Positions 1 to 7,610 of a stretch of DNA of 46,386 nucleotides are shown here, piece by piece; within the stretch, counting starts at the first letter, position 1; each line of letters starts with the position of its first letter. The notes beneath the pieces were generated by a model that saw nothing but the letters and a program-made list of their open reading frames with translations, ran no database searches and had not been told where the DNA came from. Source of the DNA: an uncultured Clostridia bacterium (lineage in GTDB: Bacteria > Bacillota > Clostridia > Oscillospirales > Oscillospiraceae); NCBI GenBank assembly GCA_947177115.1, contig CAMWTG010000001.1, positions 1-46,386 of the forward strand, given 5' to 3'. Position numbers and translations under genes: made by a program.

Positions 1-41
1 CGTTTGTCCAAAACTGTCTCCGTCCCGTTAGTGTAATTATA

Positions 42-581
42 CTAACGGCGCACTTGGTCTTTGCTTATACCAGCCTCGTCCCCAACACGCTCAACAGATA
101 ACTTCTGTGCAACTTGCGTAGAAGTTAAATCCGTTCGTGCGCCCTGCCGTTTGATGGCCTCCAACTTCATTTTGAGGGCTTTCGCCTTTTCGATAGGCGA
201 GATATTCTCCCGCTGAATATTGGTGTCCACCATAATGATGATTGCGGCATCCCTGTCCAAATCCCGGACAATGACCGGCATGGTTTCCAAACCTACCAAT
301 TCACAGGCTCTTTTGCGCCGGTGTCCAGCCACTATCTCATAGCCGCCCTCATCCCTCGGGCGGGCAATGGCAGGGATAAGCACGCCACGCTCTTTCACAC
401 TGTCCACCGTTTCTTGCATGATTTCATCATCCCGGACAGAGAAGGGATGATCGGGAAAGGGATGCAGTTCTGCCAGAGGAATATTTTGTACCCGCTCTAA
501 TGCGGCGTCCTGTCGGCTTTCCTCCGTGGAGAACAGGTCATCTACTGATGCCAGCTCTACTTTTCTCGCGCTGCTTTTCAA
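42..581 (-). CDS. parB: ParB/Spo0J-family partition protein (ParB N-terminal domain), mobile-element type
   Basis: 179-aa ORF with ParB N-domain signatures (LHPFPDHPFSVRDD; arginine box YEIVAGHRRKRACEL). Its start overlaps the 3' end of parA by 44 nt. It ends at TAG (42-44), only 41 nt from the window edge, and the frame stays open to the edge, so it may be a shortened copy of a longer ParB. Confidence 0.8.
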   Translation of the reverse strand: MKSSARKVELASVDDLFSTEESRQDAALERVQNIPLAELHPFPDHPFSVRDDEIMQETVDSVKERGVLIPAIARPRDEGGYEIVAGHRRKRACELVGLETMPVIVRDLDRDAAIIIMVDTNIQRENISPIEKAKALKMKLEAIKRQGARTDLTSTQVAQKLSVERVGDEAGISKDQVRR

Positions 582-1359
582 TCTTCATCACCTCCTGCGT
601 CAGGCTTTTGTACGCAGCAGCTACTTTCCCTCCGGGGTCATGCGCGAAGATGCTCTTGCCCTCGGCGCTGGTTTCCTTCGCCCGGACAGAGTGAGGGATT
701 TCCGAAGAAAAGACCCTGATCTTGCTGCCATAGGTATCCCGCAGCAAGGCGGCGATTTCTTTTGCAAAGTTCGTCCGGCTGTCCACCATAGCCAGCAGGA
801 TGCCGTCTATCTGGAGTTTCGGATTGATTTGCCGCCGTACCTTTGCCACAGTCTGCAACAGCTGCTCCAGACCCTTCGCCGGAAGGTACTCCGCCTGGAC
901 AGGAATGATGATACGGTTAGCCGCAGCCAGAGCGTTGACGGTAAGCATCCCCAGGGGCGGCTGGCAGTCCAGCAGAATGTGGGTGTACTGGTTCTTCACT
1001 GTGTCCAGATATTGCCGCAGGATGGTTTCCCGGCTCATGGCGTTCACCAGAGATACCTCCATACCGGAGAGCTGGATGTCAGCGGGCATGAGGTCGATAC
1101 CCTCCGGGTGGTGCAGGATGCCCTCGCCCGGAGTGATGGGCTGGTCGTTCAGCACCTTGCCCATCATGTCCGAGAGGGTGACAGGCAGACGGTCCGGCTG
1201 GGGATTGCCCAGGCTGATGGTAAGGCTGGCCTGGGGGTCGCAATCCACCACCAGCACCTTCTTTCCGGCCTGGGCCAGACCAGCAGCCAGATTGACGCAG
1301 CTGGTGGTTTTCGTCACGCCGCCCTTCTGGTTCACAAGGGCGATTACTTGTGCGTTCAT
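538..1359 (-). CDS. parA: ParA/Soj-family partition ATPase
   Basis: 273-aa ORF with deviant Walker A VNQKGGVTKTT and VLVVDCDPQAS. SD GGAGGTG lies 7 nt upstream of the ATG at 1359. Confidence 0.92.
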   Translation of the reverse strand: MNAQVIALVNQKGGVTKTTSCVNLAAGLAQAGKKVLVVDCDPQASLTISLGNPQPDRLPVTLSDMMGKVLNDQPITPGEGILHHPEGIDLMPADIQLSGMEVSLVNAMSRETILRQYLDTVKNQYTHILLDCQPPLGMLTVNALAAANRIIIPVQAEYLPAKGLEQLLQTVAKVRRQINPKLQIDGILLAMVDSRTNFAKEIAALLRDTYGSKIRVFSSEIPHSVRAKETSAEGKSIFAHDPGGKVAAAYKSLTQEVMKIEKQREKSRAGISR

Positions 1360-1428
1360 TTCGGTTCACCTCCGATCTCATAAATCCTGTCAAGGATGTG
1401 ATTTTGCACTCTCCTAAAACTGGGCATG

Positions 1429-1570
1429 AAAAAAGGACGCTCCATCGCTGGAACGCCCTCAAAACTCTGCTTCAGTATTCAGTTCTGAGTGTAAATACTG
1501 TTGTCCAGATGCCCGCAAACCGTTGGTATCACTGGGTTTTTCGGTAAATCCTATATCGCCACTCGGACCA
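1429..1570. repeat. Direct repeat copy A (element terminus or leader upstream of parA)
   Basis: Manual alignment with 10803-10930. The last 34 nt are identical (tttttcggtaaatcctatatcgccactcggacca), about 70 of the last 80 nt match, and there is one ~13-nt indel. Similarity stops abruptly at 1570/10930. A 14-nt palindrome atcctgtcaaggat (1384-1397) recurs as atccttgtcaggat at 10713-10726. Confidence 0.85.
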
Positions 1571-1610
1571 CGAGCAGATTTATCGCATTTGATAAATCTG
1601 CTCGTTTTTC
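1571..1610 (+). terminator. Rho-independent terminator-like hairpin at the island's left edge
   Basis: Perfect 14-bp stem cgagcagatttatc/gataaatctgctcg (1571-1584/1591-1604), 6-nt loop, then TTTTT on the plus strand. It begins exactly where repeat copy A ends. There is no plus-strand CDS upstream. Confidence 0.55.
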
Positions 1611-1692
1611 TTCTGTTTTCTCTCGTATACTCTCGTATTCTCACTTTCATATCGGGCAAATGCTATAAGAACACTCGCAGTCAATTATAGGT

Positions 1693-2640
1693 TTATAGGA
1701 TTTTCTCAATCTTCCCGATGAAGTGATAATGGATTTCGATTTTCTGTGTATATAGCCGGCCACTCCTATTTGCTGGATAAACTGCGATCCAGTCGATGAA
1801 TTGCCCGACAATATCCCGCGTTAAAAACTTGATATCAGATGACCTTCCGCCTCCTTCTTAAAATGTGCGAGACCTTCCTGGAACTTCTGGGTGCCTCAAA
1901 TTCTGTCCGGATTTTTTGTTGCGCTTCTTTTAGTTGATCACGCTCCTTAAATAGAAATAGATTGCTGGCAGGACAAATTGCTCGCCATCCATCAACCCCT
2001 TTCACCTTGTCTTCATAAGCTGTAGCCAGACATAATCTGAGCTTGCTCTTGCACTTATCGATGTTCTGTTGCTGCTCTATTAGTTTCTGAATGATTACCT
2101 GCAATTCTATTGACTTTACAATTAAAAATGATAGCAAAGGCTGCTTTCACAATCTCCACAAGAAAGAACTCTGAAAAACAGTAACTGTCTCCCAGAGTTC
2201 TTCCTTGCTTTGTGCAGACCCTATCTGTATTAGATGTGTACTCAGAAAGAGCTTTCGATAATCGTTTCATATATGTCCTGTAAAATAACCATATTTTCAA
2301 CAGCAATCAGCTTGGCTTTGCCAACCAATACTTCGGGGTGAAAGGCAGTATGTACAGAAAGTCCCGAAAATTTTCTAGAAGAGAAAGCAAAAGGCATTCT
2401 CTCCGTCCAGTCCTTTTCCTATCCCAATTCTTGACCGAACAATGCCTCTTAGTCAATTTTTCGACACTCTCCGACAGGCCAATCTTTCGGCCCGTGGCTC
2501 TTTCAGAGGGGAGAACGGAGGCTCTGATAAAATCCCCCCCTACAGACGCAGCACAATGTTTTCGACCTCAGTTCAAAGCTTTTGAACGGTTCTAATCACT
2601 TTTGGCCCATAATATGCAGTCTTCAAGCGGTCACGATAAC
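1693..2640 (-). pseudogene. Decayed large serine recombinase (C-terminal part, multiple frameshifts, catalytic N-domain missing)
   Basis: Successive recombinase-like pieces lie in different minus-strand frames. They are YRDRLKTAYYG (about 2590-2640); a Zn-ribbon-like VCTKQGRTLGDSYCFSEFFLVEIV (ORF 2055-2306); a coiled-coil LATAYEDKVKG...ERDQLKEAQQKI (ORF 1835-2137); and the family-typical C-terminus KFLTRDIVGQFIDWIAVYPANRSGRLYTQKIEIHYHFIGKIEKIL-stop (1693-1857). Recognition is from memory of the family, not a search. Confidence 0.5.
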
Positions 2641-2674
2641 AGGAAGGATATCTCAGCCCAGCCCTCTCCACCTG

Positions 2675-3520
2675 TCAGCCCGACTTCTTCAACGCGAATA
2701 GGTTAACGTTCTGCCGGATATCCGGGCTGTCAAAAAGGTCAATATAGATTTTGCAGCCATAGGCAAGCTTGACTTTGCTTTTTTCCAAAGTCCACAGCAT
2801 GATTTCTAGCAGCTCCATATAAGGGATAAACTGTTGTGGACCAATTCGGGTGATTCCCGCACCCATGAGCGGTATTGCAATTGAGCATCCATTATACTGC
2901 ATTCCAATTTCCCGCCACAAATTGAGAAGACATCCAACATAATCCTCAATCGAGAGACATGCCTGATTATCCTCGTCAAACCGAGAAAACGCCACCAGCA
3001 AATAATCGTTGTATTTAAACGCAGTACCGAGCTTATACTGAACTTTTTTCCCCACCGGTCGCTGGGAATTTTGTTTTGAAATACATCTTTGAAGGTGAGG
3101 ATCGTTTTCCAGCACGGAATCTAGTTTGCTGACTGACCCGTCCAGTTGCTTGAGGAACTTTCCGTTTATGGTATTGGAGGAAATCAGCTTATCATCGACC
3201 AGCGTGTCAAAATATTCGTTGAACGCAATTACCTTCAGAGATGATTTGTCCGCAAAAAGATCTGCATACCGGATGACTACCTCAGTTCCGCATAGGCTGA
3301 ACGACACCTCCTCTGTCTGGTTGGCTCCCCTGTAAACTCCGCAATGGAACGCCAGCAATCCCAGTACAATCACAACCAGAATCCAGCATGGCGGCGTAAC
3401 AAACGGAGATACAATGGTTACGACCAGCCCAACGCCGCCTGCAACTGCATAAACCTGGTTTAGGATTCTGCGATCAAATGGGCCAAGCCTCATATTTTGC
3501 TTTGGGTTTACAGTTCTCAT
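2675..3520 (-). CDS. 2-TM membrane protein with C-terminal ThsA-type Macro domain (Thoeris type II ThsA-like effector candidate)
   Basis: 281 aa. Two hydrophobic helices: VYAVAGGVGLVVTIVSPFV (res 23-41) and CWILVVIVLGLLAFHCGVY (res 45-63). Then a ~200-aa domain with Macro-like landmarks: IRYADLFADKSSLKVIAFNEYFDTLVDDKLISSNTINGKF and CSIAIPLMGAGITRIG (compare the macro motif SIAFPxxGxG). SD GAGGGG lies 9 nt upstream of the ATG at 3520, which is 13 nt after the stop of the upstream gene. Confidence 0.6.
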   Translation of the reverse strand: MRTVNPKQNMRLGPFDRRILNQVYAVAGGVGLVVTIVSPFVTPPCWILVVIVLGLLAFHCGVYRGANQTEEVSFSLCGTEVVIRYADLFADKSSLKVIAFNEYFDTLVDDKLISSNTINGKFLKQLDGSVSKLDSVLENDPHLQRCISKQNSQRPVGKKVQYKLGTAFKYNDYLLVAFSRFDEDNQACLSIEDYVGCLLNLWREIGMQYNGCSIAIPLMGAGITRIGPQQFIPYMELLEIMLWTLEKSKVKLAYGCKIYIDLFDSPDIRQNVNLFALKKSG

Positions 3521-3533
3521 ATATTACAGCCCC

Positions 3534-6500
3534 TCACATTGCAGCCGCTTTTTCGTGATCCGTTTTCACAGCATACTGCTTAATGGCCTTATCAATATTT
3601 TTCTGGAAAATTTGGAACGCCTTTTCTAACTCTTCATCCGCTCGCTTTTCCTCCTCCCCGCTCGCTGCCACTGCTTTATTCGTATAAAACTCCACTGTCC
3701 CATCCTGTTTTACATCAATAGCTGCGAAATTCTCCGGATCATTCAATCTTTCCAACATGAGATAGCCAATCTGATCGTCATGCAGATGGTTAATTCCTCG
3801 GTACTCATTTTTATGCCAGCCGCTTCCATCGTAGTCGTTCGTAATGCCAATAATGGTAAAGCAACATTCTGTGCGGAACAACATTTCCACATCCGAACCG
3901 GCACCTTTGGTGGAAAACAGGTCCTCATGGAATCCGTCGAACAATATTCGTTCCTCTCCATAGCGCTCCTTCAGCTTTTCGGCCAACAGCGCAACACGAG
4001 GGTCGTTGTCATGATGCTTGTAAGAGATGCCCACGTAGTACTTTCGTATTCTTCCCGTTTGAAGCGCCTCCAACTGCTCTAAAATCAGGTTGACCGCTTT
4101 CTCCGCGTCGGAGCACACGTTACCCCGAAGCGCAAGGCCCTCCTTTTGTGAAGACTCTCTGTCCTCTTGGAACTGCCACAGAGCAAACGAATTTTTGTTG
4201 TATTTCTTGGACAGTTCCCAGATACCCTTGCTACAATTGATATATCTGCCGTTGAGCAGATAGACAATCAAGCCCTCAGGCTGTTCCAGCCGAGTGAGTT
4301 GCCCCCAGGTATAGATTTGTACGGTTTTCCCCTGAATTCTCAATCCGCTCACAATCTCTGAAGCGTAGCTTGTGTGGGGAGCACTCAGATCACGGACAAG
4401 GATGACGTCCACAGGTCCGCTGGCATCCATTTTTGCAGACCTGGAGATATAATTCATCATCAGTGGCTGCAAATTTTTGCCCGCATAACCGCTTATCACC
4501 CCGTACTGATCATTCAGCAGGTTCAACAACTCCCGTCCCCACGTGATGTGCCTCTTGCCAGAACCGGTGCCCGATGTTTCAGCTAGGTATTGGGCAATAA
4601 TTCCGCAGAAATTGAACAGGCTTAAATGCAGAACGTTCTTTTCGATGGGAATGCTGGGCTTATATTTGCCCACGATAATTAACTTGATGATTGTGTCATC
4701 GTTCTGACACGCCTCATAAACATTGATGAAGTCCTGGCCCTCTTTCGTGTCCGTATCGCTAAAGTAAATCATAAGTGAACGTGCTTTGTCCTGGGTGTTG
4801 TCAAATTGGAGCAGATAGCAACTGGCACTGGTGCCTCTGTACCTGCGGCAGGTCAGATTGACTACCTTGTTCATAATGTTTTCAAATGCTCTTTCCCATG
4901 CTGCTTTGTTTTCTATCCCATCTTCAAACTGGTACATGGTCAAGAAGACATCTCGCTCATCCTGTTCCAATATCTGATCCTCACAGAGCCTCTCGAGTAG
5001 ATTTGTGAAGCTGTTTTGCAGATAGCGCTGGTCGATGGTACTGACAATCTGATCCCTCATCTCCATGGTGATCGCCTTCTCAAACTCCTCTTCCCGCGCC
5101 TCTTTCAAAAACACAATCGCATTTTCATAATCGTCCGAATGCTTCTTAGCCAACCGCCCAATTTTTAGGATGGTTTTTCGGTCCAGTGTAATAATATGAC
5201 GGTTTGCAATTGGCACTAACTCCCGCCCCATGCCGTATTTAACGCGGGTAGACAGATAGTAAAACTCGTTGGACAGTTTAGTTCCTAAACGATTCTTCGA
5301 GACGTTGATTGCTTTTGACAGTGCTTCAATCTGATAGCTACACACCTCCGCAAGTCGCTCCACATCACCAGTGATGATTACAGCCTTTGACAAGCCCGTC
5401 TCCTTTTTAATTTCTTTGACCGTCTGCCCCTTGGTCCAGTGGAGTAAGATCACAGCCCGGATGAGTGCATTGAGATTTGATGTTGTTGGGGTATCATTGC
5501 CGTTAAAAAACTCCTCCAGCGGGGAGTTTTTCCATACACCATGCTCCTTTTTATACTTGTCAAGGTATCCTAAAAGGGCGCTGACTGTATTGGTAAAACG
5601 GTCGACCCTGTACAGATTGTCCTCCGGTGCGTTGAGGTTTACACCTATTTCAACCTCTGAAGTCAGGCAGATTCGGAATAGGATGTCAAGCAGATATTTG
5701 TCGTTTTGGATCTCTTTCGCAGTCACATCGTATGGTAGACCACCATCTCCTGGAGAGGAAAGGCCATCGCACACCAGATATGTATAGATATCGAAGCATG
5801 TGTGACAAGAGAGAGCATAGGGGGACATACACTCCCCATATTTTCTCAGTTCAGCGGTCTCTGTTTGGGTAAAAGGGTTTTTTCTCAGATTCAACAACTG
5901 AGCCCGTTCCAGCCATTTCAGCATCTCTCTGACACGATCCGTAGAGCGACTTCCTTTTTCACCGGATCGGTCGTTGAGCAACGCATCTTTGGCGTTGCTC
6001 TCTGCGATTGCCTCTATCTTGCAACAATTTCCAAAGGAATGTGCCTCCACCTCTGCAAGCCGGTCGATCAATACCATATTTTGTCCGACCGCACTGAAGC
6101 GGAGATTGGTCATGATATTCAAATAATATGGTGCATGTTGCAACGCGACATCGCTATTATCTGCCTCGTAGCTTGGCAAGGACGATACGATTTCCACCTG
6201 CTCCGGAAAGACATAATAGTGCCAGCAATTGCTGATTTCTTTGGGCGAAACCAGTAAATAACTCTGACCATACGCCTTATCAAATCCAAGTCTACCCGCA
6301 CGACCGATAAAATTTTTATATTCCTGCGGCAACAGTTCATGCTCTGTGTGATCCCCGCGATAGACCGTCTTGTCATAAAGCACCATGATATCGGTAGGCA
6401 TATTCATGCCGATGGTCAAAGTCTCAGTAGCAACGATGATATTGATTGCGCCGTTGGTGTCGGAAAAGTCATTCTCAATCACCTGCCGCAAACTAACGGG

Positions 6501-7610
6501 GAGCGCGGAATTGTGAAACGCGATGCCGTAGGGCAGCATATTTTCCAGCAACTCCATCTGAAACTCATCGTTATCGACCTTCTCTACCTGTTCATAAAGA
6601 GACTTAGGCAGTTCCCGGCGCTCATACAGACCGCTTTGACACAACAGCTTTGCCAGGAATCTTGTCTTATTCCGGCTGTTGGCAAAAATAATAATTTTGC
6701 TTTGCCGGAGCTTTCCTGTGTCCTTGCGCTGGATATCCCTCATAAGACTAACAAGTAGATTGTTTTTATGCTCTGGAACAGAAGCCTGGTCGGGCAACTT
6801 ACTGTCAAGTTCGATATACGCCTCTATAGGATCGTCGACGCCATTGACGGGGGCAAGATTGGCGCTTCCACTATCCCCATGCTCCACATGCTTCCAGCCC
6901 TTCCCGTTTGTGGCAATGATATACTCCTCCAGCGCGACAGGACGCTTCGAATTGCCCAAAACATAACTGACGTTCATCCATTTTCTGAGACTGTTGACCT
7001 TCGTATGATTGGTTGTCAGCCCCATAATGCGGATGTCCTGATACCACTCCAGCACACGTTGAAGCGAGAATTCAAGCTTGGGGCCGCGACCGTTGGTGGA
7101 AAGCATCTGGATTTCGTCCACAATCAATAGTCCACACTTGTCCAATAGGCGGCTTCCATACTGGGCAATTAGTGCAAAAAACTTCTCATACACGATGATT
7201 GCAACGTCATATTCTCCCTGCACCAGATCGCCATCATGGTCTTGATAGTCCGCCGATGCGGCGAAGACCCGCTTTTCGTCCAAATCCCCGCTGAACACCT
7301 TCCAGCGCTCATGGACCATTGCCTTGAGGGGAACCAAGACAATCACTTGACTGCGATGGCCCTGATTGTGGGAAAGGCACGAGATGGCGGCAATTTCCGA
7401 TAGTAGGGTCTTACCGGAAGAGGTGGCACCCTGGATCACGATATTGGAGGTGGTATCGGACCAAAAGTTTGGGTCGTTCAGCACTTCTTTCTGCAGCGCA
7501 GTCAGTTCAAATTTTCGTGTTCCGTTATTTGAAAGACGCTGCTCAACCCGCTGCAGAGTTTCACGCGGAAGCTGGTGTGCGGTCACTAACGCTTCGAACT
7601 CAGTAATCAT
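3534..7610 (-). CDS. Ski2/Hel308-like SF2 helicase fused to a C-terminal TIR-like domain
   Basis: 1358 aa.
- Helicase motifs: I GATSSGKT (7407-7430), II LLIVDEIQ, Ski2-type block GIAFHNSALPVSLRQVIENDFSDTNGAINIIVATETLTIGMNMP, VI NFIGRAGRLG.
- Hel308 ratchet-like LNALIRAVILLHWTKGQTVKEIKKETGLSKAVIITGDVERLAEV.
- C-terminal residues ~1189-1310 (nt ~3684-4046) read as a TIR fold: YYVGISYKHHD / RVALLAEKLKERYG / ILFDGF / GAGSDVEMLFRT / CCFTIIGITNDYDGSGWHKNEYRGI.
- The ATG at 7610 overlaps the upstream stop (ATGA). Confidence 0.85.
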   Translation of the reverse strand: MITEFEALVTAHQLPRETLQRVEQRLSNNGTRKFELTALQKEVLNDPNFWSDTTSNIVIQGATSSGKTLLSEIAAISCLSHNQGHRSQVIVLVPLKAMVHERWKVFSGDLDEKRVFAASADYQDHDGDLVQGEYDVAIIVYEKFFALIAQYGSRLLDKCGLLIVDEIQMLSTNGRGPKLEFSLQRVLEWYQDIRIMGLTTNHTKVNSLRKWMNVSYVLGNSKRPVALEEYIIATNGKGWKHVEHGDSGSANLAPVNGVDDPIEAYIELDSKLPDQASVPEHKNNLLVSLMRDIQRKDTGKLRQSKIIIFANSRNKTRFLAKLLCQSGLYERRELPKSLYEQVEKVDNDEFQMELLENMLPYGIAFHNSALPVSLRQVIENDFSDTNGAINIIVATETLTIGMNMPTDIMVLYDKTVYRGDHTEHELLPQEYKNFIGRAGRLGFDKAYGQSYLLVSPKEISNCWHYYVFPEQVEIVSSLPSYEADNSDVALQHAPYYLNIMTNLRFSAVGQNMVLIDRLAEVEAHSFGNCCKIEAIAESNAKDALLNDRSGEKGSRSTDRVREMLKWLERAQLLNLRKNPFTQTETAELRKYGECMSPYALSCHTCFDIYTYLVCDGLSSPGDGGLPYDVTAKEIQNDKYLLDILFRICLTSEVEIGVNLNAPEDNLYRVDRFTNTVSALLGYLDKYKKEHGVWKNSPLEEFFNGNDTPTTSNLNALIRAVILLHWTKGQTVKEIKKETGLSKAVIITGDVERLAEVCSYQIEALSKAINVSKNRLGTKLSNEFYYLSTRVKYGMGRELVPIANRHIITLDRKTILKIGRLAKKHSDDYENAIVFLKEAREEEFEKAITMEMRDQIVSTIDQRYLQNSFTNLLERLCEDQILEQDERDVFLTMYQFEDGIENKAAWERAFENIMNKVVNLTCRRYRGTSASCYLLQFDNTQDKARSLMIYFSDTDTKEGQDFINVYEACQNDDTIIKLIIVGKYKPSIPIEKNVLHLSLFNFCGIIAQYLAETSGTGSGKRHITWGRELLNLLNDQYGVISGYAGKNLQPLMMNYISRSAKMDASGPVDVILVRDLSAPHTSYASEIVSGLRIQGKTVQIYTWGQLTRLEQPEGLIVYLLNGRYINCSKGIWELSKKYNKNSFALWQFQEDRESSQKEGLALRGNVCSDAEKAVNLILEQLEALQTGRIRKYYVGISYKHHDNDPRVALLAEKLKERYGEERILFDGFHEDLFSTKGAGSDVEMLFRTECCFTIIGITNDYDGSGWHKNEYRGINHLHDDQIGYLMLERLNDPENFAAIDVKQDGTVEFYTNKAVAASGEEEKRADEELEKAFQIFQKNIDKAIKQYAVKTDHEKAAAM

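Noticed and set aside
42-44. Possible premature TAG truncating ParB at 179 aa. The family motif ...DQVRRY... usually continues, and the frame stays open to the window edge.
   Set aside because: This cannot be evaluated 41 nt from the window edge. The downstream in-frame peptide (YNYTNGTETVLDKR) does not clearly match the expected continuation, so it is left as a note on the feature.
1459-1659. Small minus-strand ORFs 1459-1659 and 10765-11025 that share the peptide GPSGDIGFTEK.SD.NGLRA.
   Set aside because: The shared peptide is simply the translation of the nucleotide direct repeat. The flanks are unrelated, there is no SD, and the similarity ends exactly at the repeat boundary.
2338-2595. 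85-aa plus-strand ORF in the gap between the recombinase pieces and the Macro gene.
   Set aside because: Basic, low-complexity translation with no SD. It lies antisense to recombinase-like remnants.
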